Of a stretch of 64,000 nt of DNA, positions 51,643 to 61,869 are shown piece by piece. Where the stretch lies: the IMG/VR virus record IMGVR_UViG_3300025000_000055; one strand, written 5' to 3'. Both the position numbers and the translations under genes were made by a program. How positions within the stretch are numbered: the first letter of the stretch is position 1; each line of letters starts with the position of its first letter. This DNA comes from a virus. Its lineage: Duplodnaviria > Caudoviricetes. The notes below the pieces were generated by a model. That model saw nothing but the letters and a program-made list of their open reading frames with translations. It ran no database searches and was not told the origin of the DNA.

Positions 51643-51645
51643 CCT

Positions 51646-54117
51646 TTACACTATAATTTTATTAACATAATAATTATTAACATCATTAATATCAATAATT
51701 AGTTTCTTGTTCTTTTTAATATTTAACTTTTCTTTTATAACAGAATCTATTTCTTCTAATTTGGGAAGATTAAAAAAATCATGACCTAAACTATTTAAAT
51801 CACCTATTAACATATTATCTATAAAGATTTTACCTATATCTTCTTTTTTATCTTTATCATCAATATCTTCAATATAATTTGGCAATTCCTTATTATTTTC
51901 TATAATTAATTTACCGATCATGGAATTAGGTTCAATATTAAAACAAATAATAATACTTGGATACATACTGGAAAACGTAATATTCACATAGATCGTTATT
52001 CTATGCAGTTCTCTTATGAACTTCCTTAGCTTTCACTAAGATACTAGACTATATCTTCATCCATTATATAATCGGTATAATGGAGCCTCCTATTTCGATT
52101 TAAGGGATTTTCACCCACCTACTTAGGCCCTACTCCTAATGACCATTTCAGATCCAAAGGGATAGTCGTTGAACTTTATTCCTATAACTAGGAATCTTAG
52201 CTGCGGATTACTCAATCTTTTTATTATAAATAAAAAGCTCTAAGAGCTTCCCCGACAATTAAAGAAGTTATTCAACATACATTACTATATGAGGGAACAA
52301 ATTCATCCATATCAATAACATTGTCAAATATAAATTGACTTTTTTTACCTAAAATTTCAATACCAACATGAGAATTTAATAATGGGTTGGCAACTAAAGC
52401 TCCTGCAAATTTTTCATCTTCATCATCTTCGTTATTCTTGATTGTTTCTACACCATACTGAATATTAATGTTATTAGCTATTATTAACCCTTGCTTATAA
52501 AATTCTATATATGCACGATTTTTTAAAAACGTTAAGTTCACATAGATCATTAGTCTATGCAGTTCTCTTATGAACTTCCCTAAGCTTTCCTTAGGATACC
52601 AGACTATATCATCATCTCATAGAGATGCTTCCTATTTCGATTTAAGGGATTCTCACCCACCTACTTAGGCCCTACTCCTAATGACCATTTCAGATCCAAA
52701 GGGATAGTCGTTGAACTTTATTCCTATAACTAGGAATCTTAGCTGCGGATTACTCAATCTTTTTATTATAAATAAAAAGCTCTAAGAGCTTCCCCGACAA
52801 TTAAAGAAGTTTACAATACATATTACTATGTAAAGGGTCTAATTATTAAACCGTTTGTCTAAATACTTTTTTATAAGTTGTAGCATTAGTATATGAACGT
52901 TGATATACATTATCAATATCATTAACTTTTCTTTCAATACCTAATTGAAGTAAGACGTCTTTAATATTATACATAACAAATTTTTTATAATTTCTATATG
53001 GTAAAGTTTTAATATTACCATCTTCACTATAATCTAATTTAGTATCACTAATTTCTTTTTCTGCAACATAAGTAAGAGCATTAGAACGTAATTCCGAAGC
53101 TCCTTTTCTTAAAGCACTGTATACTATCATTTGATCTAAAAAAACTGTATAAGATGATATTTTAAAATAATCACCTTTATTTGCTACTTTAAAATTTCTC
53201 ATATCTTTTACAAACATTAATTCTTTTATATTAAAATCAGGATGACACATTATTTCTTTTGGATCTAAATTTAACTCTTTCATACGAGCTATTAAATATG
53301 GGACATCAAATCCGATATTCCAAATCATTAAGAAATCACGTTTAAGAGTATTTATTAATTTAAATGTATCTATCAACATTTCACTTTCATCTTCATACAT
53401 ATAAATATTATATTTTAATACCCCATATGATTCATCAAATACTTTATGAAGCTCTTCTACAAAATTATCTATATCTTTTTTAAACTTTTCTATTTGAGGA
53501 TTATTTTCATTTTCTAAAAGAAAAGTAAAACATGTGTTACTAGTTTCATCAATTAAAGTAATTGCATTAACTGGACATTCACCATCTTTAGGAAATCCAA
53601 TTACTTCTATTGAATCAACTTCAATATCAAGATATGTCTTAGTTATAGGTTTAGGTTTATCATTATGATAATTTAATAACCATTGTATTCTATACCAATT
53701 TTCAATATTATAATCTGAACCAAATACATATCTATATTTATGCAAATTATTAATAGCATACCTATTTCTAGTTTCCAACTTTTGTTTAATATAAGTTAAA
53801 TATTCTTCACCTGCTTGTTTAGCTATATAAAAAGGTAAATCTTTATATTTAGTTCGGTGACACTCAGTTTCACTTAAAGGACTAAATGATTTATTATGTT
53901 GAAAATTTCTAAATTCTTCTTTTGTAAAATAAATATCCATCTCAGGTTCATCTATAGTTAATATGTGTTTTTCACCAGTATTTAAATCTTTATAAATAAT
54001 ATCGAGACTATCTTTATACTTTCTTTCTTTATTAGGAAAATGGTAAATTGTTTCTAAAAACATTATGTTATCACTTTTCATCTTTCCAAGAAACTTCATT
54101 CTATAAATCACCACCAA
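51646..54117 (-). CDS. Family B DNA polymerase, N-terminal subunit (3'-5' exonuclease + motif A; phiKZ gp82-like), spliced from three exons, about 607 aa
   Basis: Exons 54117-52849, 52529-52305 and 51975-51646. ExoI LDIEVD, ExoII WNIGFD, ExoIII YNIKD; the junction IDMD|FSSMYPSII rebuilds motif A. Confidence 0.88.
51976..52304 (-). ncRNA. Group I intron 2 of DNA polymerase, ORF-less, 329 nt
   Basis: P1 GGAU|...GUUC; core almost identical to the neighbouring intron; terminal G at 51976. Confidence 0.88.
52530..52848 (-). ncRNA. Group I intron 1 of DNA polymerase, ORF-less, 319 nt
   Basis: P1 GGUU|UAAUAAUUAGACC; terminal G at 52530; junction FRQTV|FLKNRAY is in frame. Confidence 0.88.
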
Positions 54118-54135
54118 TTGAAATATTTTTTTATT

Positions 54136-54147
54136 TAAAAATTTGTT
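54136..54147 (-). promoter_or_regulatory. AR9-like late promoter AACA-N6-TA
   Basis: AACA-AATTTT-TA upstream of the polymerase N-subunit. Confidence 0.5.
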
Positions 54148-54205
54148 ATTAGAATAATTGAAAACTATATCAAAGCCTATTTATACTATATGAAATAATT
54201 AACAA

Positions 54206-54217
54206 AACACAATAATA
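54206..54217 (+). promoter_or_regulatory. AR9-like late promoter AACA-N6-TA
   Basis: AACA-CAATAA-TA upstream of 54232. Confidence 0.55.
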
Positions 54218-54231
54218 AAGGGGGTAATAAT

Positions 54232-55341
54232 ATGAATGATAAAAAATTATTTAATGTAAATATTAACTTACCAATAAAAGATAGTGAATTACTAGAAGGA
54301 ATTCGTTCTTTAACCACATCAATACAACAAAAGAATGAAAAAAATAATTCATTTACTTTATCTTCAATAAATAATACTAAGAAAGAGAAGAAGAAAAAAA
54401 AGAATAAATTACATGATATAGAATTAATGGATGGTGGAGAAATAAAAAATATATCAGATAATGAATCTAATGAAAGAAATGAAGAAACTAATTTAATAGA
54501 TTTAGATGAATTACTTAGGGATGACGACGATGATGATATAGGAAATATAATTATTAGTGAACAAGGGAGAAATTATAAGAAATTAAAAGAAAAGGAAGAT
54601 TATAAGAAAGAATTTGCTGAAGAATTGACTCTATTATATAAATTATTAGATGAAACTAATGTATTTGGTAAAGAATTAGAAAAAAAATATAAAAGTTTAG
54701 ATGGGACTAAAGTTAGAGGTATTAATAAATTCGTTTTTGATTTAGGCTTATTAGTATTAAACTCTAAACAAAGTAAATTAAATATATTAAAAGAAATTTC
54801 ATCAGTGAAAAAATCTATTATTGATCTTAAAATTAAAGCTGATGGTAAAAAGGATGCTATCCAAAATACTTTATCATCAGAACATTTAGCCTCAGCTTAT
54901 CTTAAAAATGTTGTTAATTTTGGACGTTCTGATTTTATAAAAGAATTGAATAATAAAGATACTTATAGTGGAATAGTAGAATCAATAAATTCAGATGATA
55001 ATCATATAGAAGGTTATAATGAAAATGAATTTAAAACTTATAATGATTATATTGCTTCTAGATTAGAAAATGAAAATAATCCTTTTAGAAGTAGTGATGG
55101 TAGTAAATATATTGAATATGAAAATTTAGAAGTAAAACTTCATATAAAAAAATGTGTTGATACTGGGGAATGGGAATTCATTGCATTAGATAAGGATAAA
55201 CAACAAATATTTGATTATCCAGTACCAACTAAAAGAGATGTAGGTAAGATGAAATTTAGTCCTGATGGGTCATATGCAACTGATTCAAGAGGAAGGAGTT
55301 ATAGAGTAACAGAGTATTTTTCTAATATGAATGAAGATTAA
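54232..55341 (+). CDS. Hypothetical protein with alternating basic and acidic tracts
   Basis: 369-aa ORF with an AAGGGGG RBS. Confidence 0.75.
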   Translation: MNDKKLFNVNINLPIKDSELLEGIRSLTTSIQQKNEKNNSFTLSSINNTKKEKKKKKNKLHDIELMDGGEIKNISDNESNERNEETNLIDLDELLRDDDDDDIGNIIISEQGRNYKKLKEKEDYKKEFAEELTLLYKLLDETNVFGKELEKKYKSLDGTKVRGINKFVFDLGLLVLNSKQSKLNILKEISSVKKSIIDLKIKADGKKDAIQNTLSSEHLASAYLKNVVNFGRSDFIKELNNKDTYSGIVESINSDDNHIEGYNENEFKTYNDYIASRLENENNPFRSSDGSKYIEYENLEVKLHIKKCVDTGEWEFIALDKDKQQIFDYPVPTKRDVGKMKFSPDGSYATDSRGRSYRVTEYFSNMNED

Positions 55342-55344
55342 AAA

Positions 55345-55386
55345 AATAAGATAACTGTGATGACTTATCATCACAGTTATCTTATT
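55345..55386. terminator. Bidirectional terminator
   Basis: AATAAGATAACTGTGATGA-CTTA-TCATCACAGTTATCTTATT. Confidence 0.75.
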
Positions 55387-55408
55387 TACTTATATAATAA
55401 ATAAACTT

Positions 55409-56305
55409 TTATTTATTCATTTTTTCTAATAAATCAAGTAGGTGATTTTCACATAAAACTTGTTCACAATTATCACCACCATTATTATAGAAAACTTCTA
55501 CGAATGCATTATTATCACAAAATGAATCATTATTACAAACCCAACATTTTGGATTACTTTCATTAACCTTCAGAATTTTACTTAATAATAAAAATTTATT
55601 AGTATTAGGTACCATTATTCTAATAGGCCAATTAGCAGTTGGTTCTTTTTTTATATATTTTATTATGCATTTATTACATAAATCCCAACATTTTTTAGTC
55701 GTTGACATTACACTTTTTATTGGTTGTAAACAACAAGATCTACAAACAACAGTAGATTTATTAGTTTCAATAGATTTAGGATTATTCTCAATAAAAGCTT
55801 CTAATAATTGACCGGAATTTTCTCGTATATAATTATTTACATTAAAATATATATCTTCAATAAAACCATTATCAAGACTCCTAAAACCAGTCCTTATTGG
55901 ATAGACATTGGAGGTATTATCACCTTTTTTAATAAAAGTAAATTTCCACCCAAATGTGAGAATAAATAAATTTAACCAATCAAATAAACCGAGTTTAATA
56001 AATTGGTCCCAATATTTACATGAATCTTTATCCATATCTAAACTTCTTTTATCATATATAAAACTTATTTTTAATTTAGTATATTCTTGATTTAAAAATC
56101 TAGTAACTTTCTCATAACCTTTAGTGTTACTTTCTTCACTAAATCCCCTGTATTTAACTCTCTGTGGATATACTTTTGTTATCTTTTTGTCATCATTAAC
56201 ATTAACAACAATAGCCCAACCAAATACATGAAGATTCATATTAGTATACCAAAGTAATCCACTATCTCTAAATTCCTGCCAAGCATTTTGAACTTGTTTA
56301 TCCAT
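55409..56305 (-). CDS. Hypothetical protein with two tandem W..F...G..W.N...FGW domains and Cys-rich C-terminal motifs
   Basis: Internal repeat visible in the translation; CRSCC..CWDLCNKC and CWVC..C..C..H clusters. Confidence 0.7.
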   Translation of the reverse strand: MDKQVQNAWQEFRDSGLLWYTNMNLHVFGWAIVVNVNDDKKITKVYPQRVKYRGFSEESNTKGYEKVTRFLNQEYTKLKISFIYDKRSLDMDKDSCKYWDQFIKLGLFDWLNLFILTFGWKFTFIKKGDNTSNVYPIRTGFRSLDNGFIEDIYFNVNNYIRENSGQLLEAFIENNPKSIETNKSTVVCRSCCLQPIKSVMSTTKKCWDLCNKCIIKYIKKEPTANWPIRIMVPNTNKFLLLSKILKVNESNPKCWVCNNDSFCDNNAFVEVFYNNGGDNCEQVLCENHLLDLLEKMNK

Positions 56306-56320
56306 TATTAATAACCCCCC

Positions 56321-56914
56321 TTATTTATAATAAATATTAAGTTTTACATTTTTTGGATTAACTGGGTAATTATATAATAATTTTAATGAAGTTAACCAAT
56401 TATTCATTTTCTTTTCGTTAATTTCATTGATAATATCCCTAAGATTATCATCAATAAAATAGTAATTAAGTCCATATGTCTTAATTCTAATTGGTATAAA
56501 CAAAATATTATCTTTATTATAATAAATAAGTTCCCAACCAAAAGTTTTTAATATTGTATTAATATAATTTAGAGTTCCATCAAAAATAAAACTATACCAA
56601 TAGTCCTTATCATCTAATTTTGACTTTTTCTTGGTTACGAAAACTTCAAATAAATTTTTATTCCATTTATATTTTAATTCATAATTAAAAATATTTTTAT
56701 TTACTATTTGTAACATATTATTTTCTATGAATTCATCCCAAAGAGTATTAATTGTTAGATTATCATATTTTGTTTTTTCATAAACTTTACATACATATTC
56801 TGGTGATTTAAATTCATTAAACTTTTTTATTATGGAGTTATACCATAATTTATTATATTTTTTAAGTGACTTAATTTCACATGTTTCTGTTCGTTTATAA
56901 AATTGTAGTCCCAT
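56321..56914 (-). CDS. Hypothetical protein with a further copy of the FGW domain
   Basis: YWYSFIFDGTLNYINTILKTFGWELI..IPIRIKTYGL. Confidence 0.65.
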   Translation of the reverse strand: MGLQFYKRTETCEIKSLKKYNKLWYNSIIKKFNEFKSPEYVCKVYEKTKYDNLTINTLWDEFIENNMLQIVNKNIFNYELKYKWNKNLFEVFVTKKKSKLDDKDYWYSFIFDGTLNYINTILKTFGWELIYYNKDNILFIPIRIKTYGLNYYFIDDNLRDIINEINEKKMNNWLTSLKLLYNYPVNPKNVKLNIYYK

Positions 56915-56934
56915 AATAAATCACACCCCTCCCA

Positions 56935-57348
56935 TTATTCCAAAGTCTTTAAAAAATCAATTAATTCATTAGTATATTCACCTCTTGTATAAATCATTAA
57001 TTGACCAGTTTCATCATTTCTAAGCCAAATATATCCTTTTTTACCTATTATTCTAGATAATGTATCATAATATTCTTGACATTTATTAAGCATTTCAATC
57101 TGTACATCTTTCATATTATTCATTTTCTCATTTACATTAAGATTTGGTTCGTGGAAGTATAAAGTATCATTTTCTCTACAATACCCACATATACACCCCC
57201 ATGGTTTTTCTGTTAAATTTATTATTGACGATTTATATTTTATAGGTAAATGTAAATTAGGTCCTATTCCACCATAACAAATATTATCAATATCTTGTTT
57301 ATGAACTAAAACGGTGTTTTCATTTGTTGAAACCAATTCATAATTCAT
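56935..57348 (-). CDS. Hypothetical protein with a KPWGCICGYCRE motif
   Basis: ORF track; GAAGG RBS. Confidence 0.65.
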   Translation of the reverse strand: MNYELVSTNENTVLVHKQDIDNICYGGIGPNLHLPIKYKSSIINLTEKPWGCICGYCRENDTLYFHEPNLNVNEKMNNMKDVQIEMLNKCQEYYDTLSRIIGKKGYIWLRNDETGQLMIYTRGEYTNELIDFLKTLE

Positions 57349-57352
57349 GTTT

Positions 57353-57744
57353 TTACCTTCTTTTATAATTTATTTTTATATCATCAGTTATTTTTCCAAG
57401 ATAATTTCCTAACTCTTCAACACTCATATTTGAAATAGATATTTTATCTAATTCATCTTGTATTATTTTTATTACTTGAGAGAGATTAAAACCTTCATGA
57501 AAATATAAAGTATCATTTTCTCTACAATACCCACATATACACCCCATGGTTTTTCCGTTAGAAATATGGGGAATGAAGTAGATTTATTATTATTATTTAT
57601 TCCTATTAATAAATCTTCATCTTTTTTAGATAGTAAATCAGTATTCTTAACTTTAAATTTTATTAATTGTTCATTAATATCTGTCGATTTCTTTTCAATC
57701 TCAACTGCATAAATTTGATTTTCTGGTATTTTAAAATAATTCAT
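57353..57744 (-). pseudogene. Frameshifted paralog of 56935-57348
   Basis: Track ORFs 57472-57744 and 57353-57547 fuse if one G is added to the G4 run (about 57542-57545); the paralog has G5. Confidence 0.7.
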
Positions 57745-57782
57745 AATAAAACAAACCTCCTTTATATTTTTTATCTACTTCT

Positions 57783-57795
57783 ATAATATATATTT
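57783..57795 (-). promoter_or_regulatory. Early promoter motif AAATATATATTAT
   Basis: Exact copy upstream of 57744. Confidence 0.55.
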
Positions 57796-58133
57796 ATTTT
57801 TATTTAGAGAAATAACCACCGCATTTTATACATTTATAAATATTTATATTACCATAACTTTTATGTTCTTTTTTAATGATATTATGAATTTACGAAATTT
57901 TGAACATTCACACTGATTAAAATTTTTCAGTAATTGTAATTCTTTTTTATAGAATTTTAAACGGTCTTCTTCTCTCATAATCAGATCAATTCCTGAATCT
58001 GTTATATGACACCAAGGATAACTAGATATTCTATAGTGAGCATTTAATGAACCCCCTGAGTTATTTTAAGTTTATTATCAAATATACTAATAATTTTATT
58101 CAGTTAATAAAACCCCCTATCACTAAAATTTTA

Positions 58134-60794
58134 TTATTTAAAAATTATGTTTTTATTCTTATAATTATCTAATTCAACATCAGATGTTAATATTAAATCA
58201 ACTGGATAACTATCAAACATGTTATTATGTGTTATCATGAATATTTGTTTAGCATTTATAGTATCAAGTTGTTTCTCCAATATATTAAGAAACATAATTC
58301 TATTTTTTTGATCTAAAGTAGCATCAATTTCATCTAATAACATAATATTATATTTCTTTATAGATTGCTCAATTAAAGCAAAAGATAAAGCTACTGAAAC
58401 AAAACTTCTTTCACCCTGAGATGTATATATAATATCATTAATTCTCATACTATTTTTAATATAAGGAATCTTAAATTCCTTTTCATTAATTTCAAAATCA
58501 TCTATTTCTAATTCACCCTTATAAACTATATCTAATAGATTATTAACAATCAATTTAGTATTCTTTAAATATAATTGAATGAATAATAAAGGTATACCTT
58601 TATTAGATGATAACGATTCTTTAATTATTGAAATTTCATCAAATTGTTCCTCAAGAATATTTCTTTCTTTATTTAATGATTTAAATTCTCTTAATTTAAA
58701 CTTAGTATTGTTGATTTCATCTTCTATCTTTTTTATCTGTTTATCATATTCAATTATCTCTCTTTTATAAGCATTTATCTTATTAAAATAAACTTCAGTT
58801 TCTTGAAGTTTATTTCTTTTATCTGTAACATATTTATTAATATCAGTATATCTATTTTCTAATATTACTAATCCAGTATTTAATCTATCATAAGATATAA
58901 ATAATTCCTTACTTATATTATATCTTTCAATATTATTATTCAATTGAATATTTCTATCTTTTAAATTATTTATTTGATTATCTAATAAAAAAATTTCTTC
59001 ATTAATCTTATTTATTTCTTCTTGTAAAACTTTTAATGATTTAGAATTCTTTTCTATAAATATCATTTCTCTTTTAATTTCTTTAATTTTATCATTAATA
59101 GATAAATATTCTTCATAGTCTTCTAATACACTAATATATTCAGTAATTTTCTCTTCATTATAAAATGTAACATACTCTTTAATACAATTAAGAAGATTGT
59201 TAATATTAAAAAATTCTTCTGGTAATTTATCTAATAAATCTTTATTAGTTTTAATTAATAAATAAATATAATTCATATTCTTACCAACAGCATCCATAGC
59301 TAGATAATACTCTCTTCTAGTTTCAAGTTTAATATTTTCTTGATTAATTTTTTCTATAGGTGTTTCTGTCTTAGATGAATATCTATTATAAAAATTGATA
59401 TAAGAACATTCTTTATTTTTACAACCAGGAACTTTAAACATAATAAATAATCCCTTATTAGTTAAACCATTTTCATTAAGACTTATGAGTTTAATATTAT
59501 TTTTAGTCATTTTATCATCAATTCTAAGAATATTTTCTTTAACTATAACATCTAAATTACTTTTATTTATTATATAATTAATTACTTCAATTACAGCATT
59601 AGAGTTAAAAGTATATATATTAGAAATAATATTATTAATTTCTTGCATTAGTCTTAAAGCTCTTAATAATTCTTCTTTAGTACATTTAGGTTTAAAACCT
59701 TTAAATATTTTTTCATATTTAATTTGTTTATTATTTAACTCTATATAAAAATCATTTAACTTAATATATTCAACTTCAGATATAAGATATTTTAATTCAT
59801 TATTAAAGTCTTCTCTTTTTAAATAAAGTTTATCCAATTGAGTAATATAAAAACTAATCATATTTTTATTAGATTCAACTTCATTATTAGATTTAGATAT
59901 TTTATTATCTAAATCTTTTATATTATCAGAAATATCTCCTATTATAATAAGATTAATTTTATTCTTTTTCTTTTGAATAGATTGAATTTCACTATATATA
60001 TCTTTTAATAAATTAATATGATAATTTAAATCATCATTAAATAAATCTATAGAATCTGGTATTATAGATTCTATTATAGTATTATATTTCCATACTAACC
60101 CTATATTATTCTCTCTACGTTCCTTTAACTTATTTAGTTCTAATTCTAACTTATTTATTTCATCCTTTAAATCACTAATGTCAATAACTCTTAGTTTATC
60201 TATTTTATCAACAACTGACTTTAACATAATTCTTAATATTTTACTATCTTCATTTATCTTCTTAAAGAATTGAGAATATATATCAATATCAGATAATAAC
60301 TCTGATGTAAATCCTTTTCTTTCAGTTGCTTTCATATCAATAAAATTAGTTACATTAGAACCTAATCTAATTAACTTTAAGAAATCTAATTCTAATAAAA
60401 ACTCCATTAAAATATATTCTTTAAATGAATTAATATTACCGTTAGGATTTAATTCAATACCATTTTTAGAAATAAAACTTTTAACACTAATTCCATTTTT
60501 AGAATTAATATAGTGGTGTTTAATTATATATAAAATATTATCATCTTCTATATGAATTTCTTTATAACCATTTTCACCTTCTATTATTAAATTACTATTA
60601 TTTCTAACATCCATATTACCAGGATATGGAAAAGGATGTAAATGACTTATTAAAGAGGTTTTACCTGAACCATTATTACCAACTAAAAGAATAACTCTAT
60701 TTTTTGATTTAGATAAATCAATTTCAATAGTCTTTCTTTTCATAGCAGAATAAATACTAGCCATATTTTTTAAACATAAATAAACTATTCTCAT
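58134..60794 (-). CDS. SbcC/Rad50-like SMC ATPase
   Basis: GNNGSGKT Walker A, long coiled coils, SQGER signature and LLDEID Walker B. Confidence 0.9.
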   Translation of the reverse strand: MRIVYLCLKNMASIYSAMKRKTIEIDLSKSKNRVILLVGNNGSGKTSLISHLHPFPYPGNMDVRNNSNLIIEGENGYKEIHIEDDNILYIIKHHYINSKNGISVKSFISKNGIELNPNGNINSFKEYILMEFLLELDFLKLIRLGSNVTNFIDMKATERKGFTSELLSDIDIYSQFFKKINEDSKILRIMLKSVVDKIDKLRVIDISDLKDEINKLELELNKLKERRENNIGLVWKYNTIIESIIPDSIDLFNDDLNYHINLLKDIYSEIQSIQKKKNKINLIIIGDISDNIKDLDNKISKSNNEVESNKNMISFYITQLDKLYLKREDFNNELKYLISEVEYIKLNDFYIELNNKQIKYEKIFKGFKPKCTKEELLRALRLMQEINNIISNIYTFNSNAVIEVINYIINKSNLDVIVKENILRIDDKMTKNNIKLISLNENGLTNKGLFIMFKVPGCKNKECSYINFYNRYSSKTETPIEKINQENIKLETRREYYLAMDAVGKNMNYIYLLIKTNKDLLDKLPEEFFNINNLLNCIKEYVTFYNEEKITEYISVLEDYEEYLSINDKIKEIKREMIFIEKNSKSLKVLQEEINKINEEIFLLDNQINNLKDRNIQLNNNIERYNISKELFISYDRLNTGLVILENRYTDINKYVTDKRNKLQETEVYFNKINAYKREIIEYDKQIKKIEDEINNTKFKLREFKSLNKERNILEEQFDEISIIKESLSSNKGIPLLFIQLYLKNTKLIVNNLLDIVYKGELEIDDFEINEKEFKIPYIKNSMRINDIIYTSQGERSFVSVALSFALIEQSIKKYNIMLLDEIDATLDQKNRIMFLNILEKQLDTINAKQIFMITHNNMFDSYPVDLILTSDVELDNYKNKNIIFK

Positions 60795-60843
60795 AAGTTC
60801 ACCTCCAAAAAGATAAAAAAATAATAAACTAATAAAATTAGTC

Positions 60844-60855
60844 TATTATTTTGTT
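60844..60855 (-). promoter_or_regulatory. AR9-like late promoter AACA-N6-TA
   Basis: AACA-AAATAA-TA upstream of the SbcC-like gene. Confidence 0.5.
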
Positions 60856-60868
60856 AATTTAGTAATAA

Positions 60869-61843
60869 TTATTTAATTCTTTTTACTCCAGATTCTATAA
60901 ATATACCTGTTATTATATTATTAGGTTTTTCTTTTGCTTTAATATATCCGTATTCTTTCTTTTCAGAAATTTTATGATTAAGTCCAGCATAAATACCATA
61001 ATCATTTCCAGATTTAATAATACCTTTAGAATCTATAAATCCACCAGATTTAATAAAATTCTGTGCTATGATATTACCAAATGAAATTATATTTTGTTCG
61101 GTAACAATACTTTCTTCAGCTTCAATAAAATCATTAGCTTTTATAAAACATTGCGAATAAATACCCCCTTCAGTAGTTCTAATAAAACCAGTAGATAAAA
61201 TTGCTCCCTTTATAGTTCTAATTCCTTCATCTGCTTCAATATTATTACACATAATATCATAATTTACATCTATATCTAATTCAGATTTTATATTCTTTTT
61301 AGAAAAAAGAGTGCCTCCACATTTAATATCAATAGATTCAATATTACCAAATGAAATTATATTATTGCTAACATTGAGTTCATCAAGACACATAATATTA
61401 CCTAAAGCAAATACTGTCCCTTTACAAATAATTTTTTCTGCAATAATATTTCCAGTAACAAAAATATTTTTAGATACATTAATTTCATCAATAACATTTA
61501 AATTCCCATTAACAAAAATATTATTATCAGTTATTAAATTTTGTAGTTTATTATTTCCATTATTATTAGTAATAACATCTTTAAAATCATACATAAGTTT
61601 TATAAAACAATCTAATGGATCTATTAATTGATGTTCTTCTTTAAATAAAATATTAAATATATCAGAAAGTTGACCACCTTCAGGAAATCTATCCATAAAC
61701 CATGAAAGAAAATTATTATATATTTGAACATGTTGTAAAACACCAAATATTTCATTTTCTTTATTAAATCGTATTTTTATAAAATATTTAAGAAAATCAT
61801 CATACTCAGTTTTTTCTTTTAACATATCAATTGTAATTTTCAT
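60869..61843 (-). CDS. Beta-helix repeat protein (bactofilin/FapA-like repeats)
   Basis: Many N-I-x-x-x-G-N-I repeats of 6 and about 17 residues across roughly aa 105-300. Confidence 0.65.
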   Translation of the reverse strand: MKITIDMLKEKTEYDDFLKYFIKIRFNKENEIFGVLQHVQIYNNFLSWFMDRFPEGGQLSDIFNILFKEEHQLIDPLDCFIKLMYDFKDVITNNNGNNKLQNLITDNNIFVNGNLNVIDEINVSKNIFVTGNIIAEKIICKGTVFALGNIMCLDELNVSNNIISFGNIESIDIKCGGTLFSKKNIKSELDIDVNYDIMCNNIEADEGIRTIKGAILSTGFIRTTEGGIYSQCFIKANDFIEAEESIVTEQNIISFGNIIAQNFIKSGGFIDSKGIIKSGNDYGIYAGLNHKISEKKEYGYIKAKEKPNNIITGIFIESGVKRIK

Positions 61844-61869
61844 TTTAATTTAAAACCCCCATATATAAA

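Noticed and set aside
16547-52550. Track starts at 16547, 41437, 48756, 51987 and 52550 as separate genes
   Set aside because: These starts lie in intron 3' ends; the ORFs are downstream exons.
13860-52848. Dispersed long repeats as a CRISPR array or IS elements
   Set aside because: There is no repeat-spacer periodicity, terminal inverted repeat or transposase; the repeats are group I intron cores.
13160-54117. Stop-codon recoding to explain broken core genes
   Set aside because: Most genes are long and intact in the standard code, and every break in a core gene is resolved by an intron.
10507-54117. Trans-splicing joining the two polymerase genes
   Set aside because: Both genes have their own promoter motif, RBS and stop, with no split-intron halves at their ends; two-gene polymerases are known in this group.
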